This document shows positions 1-16,197 of a DNA stretch of 64,000 nt, piece by piece. The first letter of the stretch is position 1; each line of letters begins with the position of its first letter. Below the pieces are notes generated by a model. It searched no databases and was not told the origin of the DNA. It saw only the letters and a program-made list of their open reading frames with translations. The translations under genes and the position numbers were made by a program. The stretch is from Bigelowiella natans CCMP2755 (Eukaryota > Protista > Cercozoa). The DNA lies in the NCBI GenBank assembly GCA_000320545.1, contig ADNK01001384.1:43936-107935 (forward strand), written 5' to 3'.

Positions 1-597
1 TGTTGTGAAAACGGTTAAGTGCAGCATCAATCCTACCGATTCCTTCAAATTAGCATACTGACCTTGCTCTGCGCAGCGCTTTTGGTAGGTTTTCTAACAA
101 AAGAGAGATCATCTTGTACAGATAGATGCCGAAGAACTAGAGGAGGGCGTAAGTTCTAAATTACCATCAACTTTATCGCATTTTGCTGCCCCCTCAGCTC
201 TAGCTGGGCATTTTGATGCGCAATGCTGAGAATATGAGAAGAAAGAAATGAGATTATCTTCCTATGTTTGTGGAAACCATTGCTCAAAACTTTCTGACTT
301 CCTCACGTCTTATCTACTCTATTTACTACCTCTCCATTTCTGAAAAAGTGTCCAAAGGCCCTGACATTGGAATTGGCTCGAAATCAAACACATTCAGAAG
401 ATGAACCTGAGGGGAAGAGGATGATCACGAAGATACTCCGGCTAGGAACGTGGAAAGGTAGTTTGGAATAGTGGACTAGCAATGAATCCAGACTTCATCG
501 TTTTCTCTGAAGAGTTTCTTTGCACACCAGTCGAGAGCATGGCCGCTAAAAACATGAAAGTACATCTTTATCTTGATAGTAACAAACGGCAATTGAG

Positions 598-634
<37 letters not shown>

Positions 635-1918
635 CCCCTCTCTTCTCTGATGTGAACCTATAATCCGACGCATCAAGGCAGACGACAATTTTTCTTGACA
701 ACCCATTTCCTAAATGAGGTTGTCGTTATCGTATGATTCAATAAAAAATTGCTTCAGGCTAGTGTGTCCGAAACCCTTTTGGCGGTCGATTTTCAGAGGC
801 TCCGCGTCAGCCCAGACGCAGTCTTTTGCGTCAAAGCTGCAAATATAAAGTGTAAACTTACCAAACAGAAGGTTTACAATAGAAAAGCCTGCAAACCTTG
901 CTTTTGGGCGAATGATGCAGGATCTCGTTGACAATAAAGGGATTTGCAAAGGACGCTGTTTAGCAACGGGAAACGCTTTCGAAATAAGCTGTTGATGTCG
1001 GAGAGGATTCCATACAGAAGAAAGTGTTAGTCCACGTCGTGCTTTCAAAACTGACGGGCCTATTCGACGGTGAGAAGAGTGCAACAGCAGTTTGTCGTAG
1101 CCTAACATCAACATAGGTGAAGTTTCTAAAAGAAAAATGTCAATGACAGAAAATTTCGTGAACCTCCCAACGAAAAGGCAAGTGCCATTGCAACGGAAAC
1201 GATGAGCAGTAGCGTTGCTCTGAATCGATTGATCTGGATAGATTTACGGCCACTTCCATGCATAACACCTTTCATCTAGAACGCGAGCGATCAAGTTTCT
1301 TTTCGATTTGTATGTTCCGGGGGAGGGATACATGTACTCATATCTTCTTCTTCCACTGCCCGGCACTAACGAAAAATAATGAAAATTCACCTCCATTTTA
1401 TCATTCCCAGAGACACATGTGCATGTCGCAAGCGAAAATTTGTGCTATCATTTCTTGTGCATACCCTTACTATTTCTCGGTATACGGGTGGAGAGAAAGG
1501 TGCCCTGAGAAACGAAAAACAGGTTCAAAACCATGAACATTCGCCAGCTGCGACATCAAATTGACGAAATCTGCAACCAAACTTCGCGTCGACAGTTCTG
1601 ATCCGAGTTTGCTTTGAAAAGAAGGATACCCAATCTAAGTCGCACCAGGTAAAAAGCAGACCGCTACATGAGAAAAACACGTTTTCGAACTGTCAACTAG
1701 AAGAATCCGTTGTCTGGATTGGCTGTGTCCAGTGTTGCAAAGGTTTAATGCACTTCGAAAGCCAGACGCTCTGTCTGAATGCCCTGCGTTGATTAAACGC
1801 CGTAACGAGAAGACGTGGCGATTTTCTCCTGAAGCCGAGCTGGCTGACAGGGGTGTCCAGACACACTGGTCCATAAAAGCACGAAGGGGAGGGGATCCAA
1901 TCGAGACCCCGAATCGCG

Positions 1919-4585
<2,667 letters not shown>

Positions 4586-5191
4586 GGAGGCTACTGCATG
4601 AAGCATGCAGGATATCGATCTATTGAAATCCCCAATGCGAGCATATGTGTAGCCCCCTACGATGCAGCTTCTAAGCCGCGGTGATGCTTGTTTTTCATCT
4701 TGCCGCATTCTGAATTTACTCGCAATAAAGTAAACATTGCATTGAAAATGCGGGGCTGCTGTCTGCACAAGTGATATGGAACATAAATAACGCAATATAC
4801 GACTGCAGCTCGTATAGTATGCTGGCGCTGCAAGAAACCTTATTTCACACATGTCATCGAGTACATATACGCATAAAAATGATGCGTAGGGAGTTATGAT
4901 AGACATAGTTCACCCCTTCCACGTTGTAGCTGTCCTTACCATCCTGCCAAAGTAAAGCTATCGCGTACACAGTAATGTGCATCGAAGCGCGGCGCTCGTC
5001 ATCATCTATGTTAATACGCTCATTGTATCATCCAGCTACGGCATGAGCAATGTGCAAGCATGCATGGAGATAATGATGAAAAAAAGACAAAGTTTGAATT
5101 TCATAGTTACATTTAATTATCATTTTCGCTCATCAATGTAGGTACCGCACAAATCACATCCTTTTCAACACCCATAGCTTGCTGCTGGGGA

Positions 5192-5808
5192 TCATACGGG
5201 ACCCGTCTTTTCTAAGGTCACAAGCCACCGTGACCACTTGCTGGACATTATCTGCTTCGCTGTGTTAATCACTACTAGGCCTGCACTCTTCAGAACCTGC
5301 TCATAATGCCGGATGGGACAATCATCGTCATATTCCGAGGTCGGGGATAAGTCCATCTCCTTCACAGGCCAAAAGAATGTAACACGACCGCCATCCACCA
5401 AACTTGACCCTGTACCGTGTAAAAATTACGAATGTGAAAAACTGGTTGTCTATGCTCGAAATGTAACCAAAGTTTTTTGGTCTTGCGCGACGTATCTGCA
5501 GCACACAATGGTACCTGCAAGGTCGATGACTCTAAGAAAGGGTGCATGATCAAACAACCCACCCGTCGGCAAGAGATCCCTAAGTCAAGAAAAAGGAAGA
5601 AAGAAGGAGGAGGATTTTGTGAGCCCACATAGAAGCAATTGCAATACAGGATGGGAAAAAAAAAAGGCTCCGATCTTCGACCTTGCCCCTTCCCCGCTGT
5701 TCTGAAACGAGATCTCCATAATTCCGTATGGTGGGTCAGTCACAATCGCGTCATACCTTTATTCATATAACAAATGCGAATTGGTTAACATGAAGACGAC
5801 GAAGATGC

Positions 5809-5850
<42 letters not shown>

Positions 5851-7248
5851 CTTCTCTCTCCCTTACTTTTGTTGAAAAGCTGGCAAAGATTGATCGAAAG
5901 AATTTCCCGGAACTAGCGAAGGCGGGTCCAGGTCAGCCGCGACAAAGTTCTGCGCGATGGTTAGAGGCGCAGTAGAGTGGCTGCTTTCATTGGCACGATC
6001 ACGATGACGCCGTTTTGAAATTCTGTTGTTCTGTCCTGTAACTATATTGTCATCATCTTCGTCAGCTTGCAAGCCCGCCTTCTTATTTGCAGCGCGGTCC
6101 TTCACATGTCGGCTAGATCGCTGCCCCGTCAACACTTTTGCGTCAACATCTACGCCGACTGTCGTTTTGGCACCTACTTGAGCAACAACAATGGGAAGCG
6201 GGAAAAGAGGAGTTTCTACGAGCATTCCCCGCCCACTGGCGGAATGAAAAGTCTAGGGGGCGGGGGGAGGGGGGATAACGAAAGGCGACACCTAAATGTG
6301 CAGCAGCCAGGAGAATGGAACATGACCCACAGAAGGGGTCCAGCACCCTACTGCCCGGCAATACGCTAAGGATGAATGACAATCGGCTTAGTGAGGACAT
6401 GGATGGAAAATGTGAAGGAGAGATCTGGGGGTGTTTCATCATCGTCCCAGTCTCTCCATTTACGGTTAGTGTTGCTACTCGCCAGTAGTACCCTGCAAGG
6501 TTGCACATCAGGAAGGAGAGCTCTGGGTCCATTGCAGTAAATCCGCAATAATGCCTCTGCATGTGGAAGAACATGCCAGTTTTTACCCGACAGGTTTGGA
6601 AGAAGAGAGCTCACTCACAAGAGGGAGGGGGGTGGTCTACCTTCCGCAATGAGAAGGCTTCGAGTCTCTTTCCTTTTCCTCCGAGTCTTACGGCATCTCC
6701 TCGGAGTTGTTGATCCCTAATGTCCTCCGAAACCAACACCTCTCCAAAGAAGGCCTGAAAGGTGATTGGGCAAGCGCACGCGCGTGAGTGTACATTACGC
6801 CTGCGTCAGATCTACCAGTGTTCGTGGGTAAAAGAGTTAAAACTTCATCACAAGAGATCGACAACTGCAACAAGCGGGGGGGACATTAGAGGCGATTAGT
6901 GTGGCGCGGTCGCTATGCAAAGCACCACACGTGCAAAACAGGGGAACCTTACCTTCTCTAACGTAATATTATCGTGATCGTCGTGATTCCGCCAAAACTC
7001 TATGACAGCTATATTGAGGGCGGGATTTCGAAATTTCACAGGGCCTAGCATATCAACCGCATCTGTGTAGTGGTCGAGCACCGCAGAGATGTTTGCCTTT
7101 CTTTTTCCGAGGAGGACAGGATGCGCCCGCCATGGCAAGACTCTAGATGCGGCGGGGACTTCAAGTTGGCGTGCTGCTTCCTCGTGAGATCTTCCCTCAG
7201 CCCATATCTCGTGCGCGCCGTGGACCAATATGCATCTATCAGCGACCT

Positions 7249-7297
<49 letters not shown>

Positions 7298-7917
7298 TCA
7301 TTAGCGCTGCAGTTTATGCAAAATTGAGAATTTCGATCGTGCGTTACATTATAATCATTGTAATGCAAATCATTTTTTCCTAAGAAAATTGTCGGTACCT
7401 TTATGAGATCGTCCTTATTGATACCGTCGACATATTGCAGAAGGCCATCGCAGCCCACCACCTCTTCGAAACACACGTCAGATGGCTCAATCCCCGAGGC
7501 ATGAGCGACGGATTTGAATTCGCATGATCTTAGCATTTCGTAATCTTTGATACGGAATGACCTCATGATCCTTGATCGATTTCTGAATTGCACGACCGAC
7601 TTAAAGCCCGAGTGGTGGTAGCTCTGTTTTGGCGTGGGCGCTGTTGTTTTTGTCGCTCGTCTCCCAAACCCTTCTCTCGGTACCCTGCCCCAGGACTTTC
7701 CAATATTTTGACGAGTTCTCACGACGCGATTGGAGCGTGAGAACTGCTCTATTTGTTGCAACGGTCCTTGGGCTAACTGCCGAGCAGAAAGGGGTATGAC
7801 CGTCGTCGACGGCAATAATAGCATAATCGCTGAGTTCATGGCTATAATAGCTAGAAGGGAGACGAGACTACGTAGGGATATCTGCATGGTAGCTGCAGGG
7901 GGGGATAGTCGCCGCAT
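5192..7917 (-). CDS. TRM11: TRM11-like tRNA (guanine-N2) methyltransferase, multi-exon, with signal-peptide-like N-terminus (start at 7917 or 7887)
   Basis: Motifs spread over exons: FTAMDPELSFLMCNLA (~6540), VLPGSRVLDPFCGSCSILLAAAHLG (~6360), VGVDVD (~6155), YDAIVTDPPYG (~5755-5722), GGRVTFFWP (~5390). Confidence 0.8.
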
Positions 7918-8272
7918 AAGGAGATCTATGGGTGAAAGAATCCCCCACCCCTTCTAGCCGATGGAGTCGGATGAGAGAATTGTTGCTTCAGTTGCAGCGG
8001 CGGTGAAGTATGGTCCAAAATATTTAGATATTCTCGTATGTAAAAAGTAATTAAAAATAAAGGGCGTATTTGGGTGATATCAAGCAATAATTTGATGTCG
8101 CATTTAATAATTGTAGGTAAAACGTCCCTGTTTACCTTGATGGAACCGAATAAGAAATAAGAAACAGAACCAACCGAAGGGCGCCGTTCCCTAAGGCTTG
8201 CCATCAGACCGTGGTGGCTGAGTTACTTCTGCGGTTGTGGGTGGAATTGACTTCTTCAGTCCATTAGGAGTC

Positions 8273-9066
8273 ATGGCTGACGCCTCGTCAGGAAGGAGGT
8301 AGGCAAGAGCTTTTGACTTATGGCGAGTCCGCTGTTTTAATGAATGTTCCCCGCATGATAGGTCTAAGACGGAACTTCTCGCAAAATTGAAGCAGGAGGC
8401 CGAAGACTACGAGACGTAAGGAATTCTCTCTGTGATCTGTTCAAACTTTGTCTGCTGCTACGACGTTCTTGGATGTCATGATATGTGAAATGCGTTGATG
8501 ATGATGATACAAGATGCTGAAAATGACTCCTCATAAGAACCAGGAAAAAAACCCAATTTCCGACTGAATCTTAACCACTGCTTGTGCTTGGCGAACGACG
8601 CAGAAAAATCAGGATTGAGCGCGGAAAAGTCTGCCACTGCGAGGGAGAGAAGGAGCGGCATGCAGAAACGCTCGCCGAGCATCGAAAGCGCCAGCCTCAA
8701 TGCAACTATCGCAGCAGCAGCGCTGCTGTCTCTACAATGGCGACGACTGCAACCCCAACCTCAAGTCATCAACTACGGAGTAGCGGGCATCGACAACTTC
8801 AGTCAACAGCCCAGCAGGATCTACGTCAGGTGCGACTCCTCGAGAACAGGCTCTCCAAGGCCGTCATGCGGCTTGCCGAGACTAATAACCACAACCGAAT
8901 CCTGCGCTCGAAATTTGATCATTTCCGACGTGAGAAGGTCGGTGACAACAGCAATGACGACAATGACGATGCCCATGTTATTCGTTGCTCCGAGAAGGAG
9001 CACAGATGTCCCACACGAAACTAAGCAACATTTGTCCGGAAGTTGATAAACGCACGCTTAACACAC

Positions 9067-9105
<39 letters not shown>

Positions 9106-10555
9106 ATATTTTTATATGCAGGAGATCGAGGACACGTCTTGTCCTAGATTGCGTTGACTATGCAATATATCTGATGGTGGTTATCATCATCATCATCATC
9201 ATCATCATCATTATCATCATTATCATATATTTCAGGAGACGTTTGATTCACGATATCGTAAACTAAAGCGCGAGCTTCACCGCCGGAAGAAGACCCTGCA
9301 TAAGCTGCAAGAAGCGACGCAAAAGTCTGAAAAAGAGCTGGAGACGGCCCAAGAGGAAGTCAATTCGCTGAGGGAAGAGATTGTGACAGAGACCAATAAT
9401 TTTAGGCAGCAACAGTTGGAGATTACGAGGTGATAATGCTAATAATGCAACTGAAGTAAGAAGCAGGCGGTGGAGGAAAGTGGTGTTTGCTAGTTGATAC
9501 AACGTTCAAAAAGGTTTGGGGGGGGGGCAAGGGTCGTCGCCATCAGTGATTGCGACAGTCTACACGCCACTTCTTTATATATTGGCTACCGATGTTTGTC
9601 CTAACAATCCTTGATAATATTGCACAGGGCTACGAAGTCCGCTGCCCCTCCCAAACGCCCCCCCTCCTCCTCCTCCTCCTCCTCCTCCTCCTCATCGTCC
9701 TCCTCTTCCTCCTCGACGGCCAAGTCGTACGAGGAGGCGTTCAAAGCGGTGCTGCTTCAATCAGGGTGGGCCGACCTCAACAGCTTAATCAAGGCCTTCA
9801 TCGCCAACGAAGACAGCAACTACAACACCAGCCGGATGACGAAGGAGCTAGAGCAGGTGCGCGTGCAAGTAGCGCATTACGAGCAACACAGCTCCGCATC
9901 TGAAGTCGCAGTGGCGAAGCAGCAGCAGATTATCTCCGACCTCGATCAGAGGCTGACGAAGACCAACACCGTTACCCAAACCTATCGAAAACGCTACGAC
10001 AAGGCCTTGGGGGTCGTCGGAGTCCTCAAGAAAGGCATTCGTGAGATCTTCGACCTCATGGACTGTGAGGAGCCTATCCAGAAGGGGGGGGGGGCGGGGG
10101 GCTACGACAACGACGATAACGACACGAAGCTGAGGGGTACTGGCGGAAGTGATAGTAGCCGCGGCAGCAGCCGTCGTTACGATGTAGTCGGTGAAGTGAC
10201 AGAGGCCAACATGGGGCGCTATCTTGCGGCCATAGAAGAGCGGACCAATGAACTGCTCGCCAACTTTGATGATGAGAAAGATGAACATGACGAGGAGGAG
10301 GAGGACGACGACGAAAAGGGAGACGACGAAGGGGCTGATGGGAAAGACGAGGAGGGGGATGATGATGAGGATCATGATCATAATCGCGATGACGGTAACG
10401 ATGATGATGACAAAAATGATGGCATAAGGAGGATTGAGAATCACAAAAAGGACTGCAGTGATGACGATGATGACAACGACGATGGAGGCCTTTTGGACGT
10501 GATGCCCTTGTCACTCGATGAGCTCAGAGCGAGGATAGCGGCAAAAATGAACTGA
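8273..10555 (+). CDS. Outer dynein arm docking complex subunit (ODA1/DC2, CCDC63/CCDC114-like coiled-coil protein), multi-exon
   Basis: Family-like segments VRLLENRLSKAVMRLAETNNHNRILRSKFDHFRREK, SYEEAFKAVLLQSGWADLNSLIKAFIANEDSNY and EVTEANMGRYLAAIEERTNELL, followed by an acidic tail and PLSLDELR. The 5' exons are approximate. Confidence 0.75.
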
Positions 10556-11334
10556 TTTGAGTATTCGCTGACTGCTCTCTGAGCAGTATGTAGTCATTGG
10601 TCGCTGAGAGACTAAGCTCCTTTGGTGGACGATAGATTAGCGACACGCTCTTGTATGCATTATGTGCATCATTTAATCAATAGTAGATATTATTTATGTA
10701 GATATTTCTGATCGCCAGCACATCATATGTCATTCGAACAACGATGGAGGCAGGCAGTATAAGTAAACTAGTAAACACTACACCAACAGAGATTGCAGCT
10801 GCTGTATTTAATGGATCTTCATTCTCGCTAGTGCACCGCTACACATATGTATAAGTATACTGCATTTTCAATGAAGAAGCGTATCAACGTGTATACCCCC
10901 TATTTACTGCTACATGCATACACATGTTAGATCGGCCTGTATAGCAACCGACTAAGGCAATGCTAAAATGGCAAGGTGCACTAGAAGGTGTAATGCGATC
11001 ATAACCATAATTAACAAAGAAGATACTATTAAAGCCAAGCTACATGCGTATAAACACGCTGACCTGCGACGCCCAGGTATGCGGTGCTTTCTCGCGTCAC
11101 ATGTCTGGAATCAGCAAATGAAAGATCGCGCAGCAATTGAATAATGTATTATTGCATAGAATGCAGCTGTCCAGCATCGACATGCATATGCATAGGTGCG
11201 CGCCGGGGAGACTATGTACGTACATGTATAGCTTTAGTCTGGCTAGAGGCAGAGCAAGAGAAACGAAATGCATATCTTATATGCACAATAGAATGCTAGC
11301 TTCATTTTATGCTTCAGTTGAGGGTCTGAGGGTG

Positions 11335-14256
11335 CTAATACAACCCAAATCCTTCCGCGTATTCCAGCGTCAAGAGCAGCTTCTCTCGCAGCTTCTCGTA
11401 GGTCTTGTACTGTGGTAGTATCAGGGTGTTGAAGCACGTATGAGCCGAGGGAAGGTTGGCCTCGTTATTGCCGCCACTTTGAATGATCATCTTGAGGCCG
11501 GACACGCCGCTGATTGGAACTCGGTCGCTCCCCGTGACGAAGGTTAAAAGCCGTTTCTTCTGCTCTTGCGACAGGGTCCGGAAGCACTGCCAGAAAAATT
11601 GCACGACGGGAGTCTGAGTAGCAATGTTTGGCTTTGTTCCATTCCTTGTTGCTGACGATGATGATGGTGACGACGGCGATGGTGATGATGATATCAACGC
11701 AGCTGGCCGTGCAGCTCCTACCCCTCCTCCTCTTGATAATAAGGATGATGGGGAGGTGGGCGATAAGACAAGGTCGCTTGGCCTCATCCCTCGCATTGGT
11801 GGTTCCTGTTGTTTGATGTCGGTGTGCTTTCCTTCACCACTTTCACCACTGTTGGAGACGTGGTTATTATGCCTCGGCCCCGTCGTCGTCGTCGTCGTCG
11901 TGGCCGCTTCTGTTGTTGTTGTGGTTGGTGTTGGCGTTGTTTCGAATCCCTCGTAGCTCACCGAATCCTCCAGGCCGTCGAGGTCGGCTTCAGGGCTGCC
12001 GCAAATGAGGCACTCGAGCTCCTGTGGTGTCATCAGCGACAGAGCCTTTGCCTTGTAGCCCTCCCGCCTCCCGATGACGCGCAGAAATCCTTTCTGAAAC
12101 GCCCGGAACGGCGCCTCGATCGACCGGTTCAGGATCCAATCCGCATATTTCTCCACGTACTCGCGCCGATTCGCCTTGGTGACCGCAATATCGCTCCCGC
12201 CCTCGACGAGAGGGATGCTCCGGGGCCCCCCGTTGAGCGTCGCTGCTCTCCTGTCCGTCACCTCGAAGTACAGGCCCAGGCCCTCCACAAGGCTGGCGTC
12301 GTCGTAATCGAGCAGCTTGGAGAGATTGCTGGCGAGTTCGGGGAAGCTGTGACTCAGCTCCCTGAGCCCTACTCGTTCCCCAAGCAGCTTTGCGTAGATT
12401 GCTCGCGGAAAGCGCATGTCTAGGATGACCTGGTTGTAGATCGCCAGGCCGAGCACCATGCCGACGACCGAGTACTCCCATTCCCGTCCCTCGAGCTCTT
12501 TCCCCTCCTGCAACTGAAGCGTTTGGAACCAATGGATGCTGCTGCTGCTGCTGCTGCTTCTCTGCGTATTAGTACTATTTTTAGTCGTAGTAGTAGTAGT
12601 AGAATCTTTATTATCGATGCTGCTGCTCTTGTCTCCGCTTCTGCTGGCAAAGGAGGTAGTCGTTGTTTTTACGGTGTTGTAGTTCTCATCATAACAGGTG
12701 AAAAGTCCCTGCTCAGGGGCCAGAAGGCGCCTCGTGAGCAGCTGGAAGAATTCCTTCGTCACACCACCAGCATCTAGCGCGTACTCCCCATAGAACATCA
12801 CCTTTAAGGCCTTCTTCAGGTCGTCCTGATGCTCCATCAGCTGCTGCACCGTGTCCTCGATGATGTGACTACGGCGAACGACGAGGACAAGATAGGGCAT
12901 GGGCGGGGTGAGGCTGATGTAGGAGCGCAGCATCGCCCTCTCCAGGTGCTGCTGCTGCTCGATCATGGCCTCGAATTTGATGATCTTGGCCTTGGAGGCC
13001 GCGTCCAGAATGAAGGGGAAGGAGCAGAAGCTGAACTGGTTGGGCCAAACCTTTGGATATTCCACGATATGCAGCCAGATGTAGTAGTGGAGCTTCAGAT
13101 CGATCACCACGTTATCATCGATCTCGTTGTCCCCGCCGTCGTGAAGCAATGATTGTGCCCGGTGCCTGCTGTTGCTGCCGCCACTGCTTTTGTTGATAAC
13201 GGGGTTGTAAAAGCGCTCAGGGCTCACCCCAAACACCACACCGCTCCTTCCTCTGCTGCCTCTTGCAGCTAATGACGAGTCCCACTCCGAAAGTATGTGC
13301 TGGTTTGCTTCATAGATCACCTGCATGGCTTTTGTCGCTTGCTTGACGATTGGCCTGATGAGCCTGCTCTTTCTGCTCCTAGTGACAGCTGTTGATGAAG
13401 GCGTCTCCGTGGCGCCCCCCCCCCTCCTCCTCCTTTTCATTAACCTCCAACTAGCCTTGCTAGTACTACCTCGAAGCAACGTGTCTGATATTACGTGTTG
13501 GATGTACTGAATCGCTTTCTCCATCATTTCCCTTGGCCATCCCTGCAGCGCGCAGCGCACATGTAGCCGCACGGTGTCGTCAAGATCACCAGCTTGCAAG
13601 AAGAATATCTCACTTACTGCCTCGACTAATTCGTCGACATTGTCAACATTATCATCGCCATTATTGGTAATGGAGGACTGTGAGGAGGAAGAGGAGTTGT
13701 TTGTCTTTTCCTGGATTATAAACTGACTTTTCCCCTCCTCCTCCTCCTCCTCCTCCTTCTCCTTATCTTGCTGCTGCCGCTCAGAGTCATGATGATAAAG
13801 AGCGAGAAAAAGCATCGTCTTCAGCAGGCAAGATGCGACGTTTTCAGGGCTAGCCCACGGCTGCCTAGAAGGGTTTTCGAACGGCGAGTTCCACTCGACA
13901 GGGGACGCGAGCACCTTTTTTTTTTGGCACAAGGAACACAAGCAACACACATCCGCTCTTTCATTAAAAACGCTCCTAGTCTCCCATATAATTTCAAACG
14001 AGTTTACTATTTTAGCGCCTTGGTCACAAAAATCTAGAAAGCAATGAAGAAATGGGGTGGCAGGACAATATCAGGGAGAAATGCGCCAGGAAGAGGGGAG
14101 GGGCGAGGGGGTTAGAGGTCAACCTTAAGCATTTCTCTGAGTGCTTTAAACATTGTAATCTCTTGTTTTTCTTCTTTACATAATCTCATGGTTGATTCTA
14201 CACGTTCGAAATCGATTAATATTGGAGCGGTAGCCGTAGGAGAAGTGCAACTCGAA

Positions 14257-14288
<32 letters not shown>

Positions 14289-14852
14289 TGAGAGAGAACG
14301 AGCGTGGGCTCTTTTCTTCGTAGCTGTCGAATTTCTTCTTGCCTCCGTTGTACTTTTTGGATTTTTAGACGATGTGAGTGCTATGGGGTCTCTTCCTTGA
14401 TTTATCGTTTCGATGCTCTCGGACATATTTCCCCTGTTCTTTGCATCCACCCCGTCACGCTCGCCCCCCTTCCTCTCCTTCTTCTCGTCTTCCCGACTTT
14501 CGTGGCAGTCTAGGAATGGTATACAAAATGCACGACCAAAAGAGAGAGGGTCGCTGAAGGTCTTCCACAAAGGGCCTGCTCCCTTCCCTCCCTGTTGTTT
14601 CCCCTCCCCCACATTCTCCATACTCTTGCACTTCGAATTAGTGTCCCCGTGGGCATTAGGAATGTCCGTCTTGAAAGATCGTCCCGCCATCGTCTTATGC
14701 AGTATGTGCAAGGTCGGCGAGTCCAGAATCGAGCTCTCTCCTCCGTGCGAAACCTTCTGGCGCTTGTTCTTGTTGTTGTCGCTGCTGCTGATGCCTAAAG
14801 TGCGCTTGCATCCGGCACCGTCGGATTTATTCTTAGCTTGGGGATCGTCCAT
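11335..14852 (-). CDS. HECT-domain E3 ubiquitin ligase (UBE3A/HECTD2/HERC4-like); two-exon model 14852-14124 + 13914-11335, about 1100 aa
   Basis: HECT motifs PFILDAASK, LVVRRSHII, LKVMFYGEYALDAGGVTKEFF, FVTGSDRVP and catalytic LPSAHTCFNTLILPQY. The 871-aa ORF starts at GTG. A phase-0 GT(14123)...AG(13915) intron joins the upstream 256-aa ORF (...EMLK|VLASP...). Confidence 0.9.
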
Positions 14853-15113
14853 CGAGCGAAGCAGAGGGGGGAGCAAGTGCACTCCCCGTGGCGATCAGCG
14901 AACGATCAGCGTCAGCAGCACAGCGGGGTAGGGCTACTCGTATGTGATGTGGATCTTGAAATTCGATACGAGTGTTACTGATTGTGAGGACTTCATTTGG
15001 GTTGTCGCAGGAGTAAAACGACATGTATTTATTAGGTTGTCGCGGGTATAAAATAGCATGTATTGTTGTATCATTGTCGCCTCTCACCTCCCTTCCCCCC
15101 GGCCCGATCGACG

Positions 15114-16164
15114 ATGTGGAGGCTGCAGCAGCAGGGCCTGGGGCGGTGCTACGCCTCAATTCTGAGAGGAATGTCCACCCGGAACCGGTGGCCACGTGCG
15201 GCAACGCAGCCCTGTTTGCCCATGGCAACGAAGAGACGTGGATTCGTCGTCCCCGCTAGCGCCTCGTCGTTCGCATCATCTGTGAGCGAGGCGACCAAAA
15301 GAGATGTTCCCCCGCCGAGTATTTTCAACGATGTTCTGGGTCCGGTTATGCGAGGACCGTCGTCTTCGCACTCGGCTGCGGCATTGAGGATTGGGAGGAT
15401 TGTGAAGATGCTTCTGGAGGACGGGCTCTCTCATCATCCACATTCAACTGCTGGCGGAGATACTGCAGGTGCTGCTCTACAGGAGAAAAATGCAACTGCA
15501 GAGGGAACGACGAGGCCACCGCGGGTAAAGCTTCTGGTTGAGTACGATCCGAACGGCTCACTCGTCACCACACATGACGGGCAAGGGTCAGATATGGGGC
15601 TCCTGGGGGGGCTAATGGGATGGGAGGCAGATGATTCTCGACTGACAAACTTCAAGGAAGAGGCTGCGAAGGCTGGTCTCGAGATGGAGGTGCGCTACCT
15701 CAGCTACGGCGCTCAGCATCCGAATACGTATAGAATGACCGCCACCTCAGATAATGGGAGTAGGGTCGAGGCGACAGCCATCTCAACCGGGGGGGGCATA
15801 ATAGAATTTCTTCAAGTAGACGGGTTCCCCGTTACCTTTCGTGGCGACCGCGAGGAGCTTTTGGTATGGATGGAGGAGCGCCCAGAATGCGAGGAAAAGA
15901 AGGAGAACAGGAAAAGGAATGATAAGCATGCCGAGGAAGAAGGAAAGGTCTCCGATTTCATCGAAAGAGCGTTGGAAGAGAGCAATAGGAAGAATATCGA
16001 TACCTTTGCCACGGTTTACGAGATGGAGGGCAACACGGCAGCACCATCAGGCAGCAAAAAACTCTTACTCCAAGTCTCTTCTTCGTCCGAAACCGTCATC
16101 AAAAGTATTCTAGAAAAGCTCCGGTGTGACCACCGTGATAGGAGCTCTGCATCCTCTTCAAACG

Positions 16165-16197
<33 letters not shown>

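Noticed and set aside
1-1900. Short ORFs and possible exon fragments at the window start
   Set aside because: No recognisable domain or consistent exon chain.
14112-14882. 256-aa ORF as a stand-alone gene
   Set aside because: It splices in frame to the HECT ORF, which lacks its own ATG at the start; treated as exon 1.
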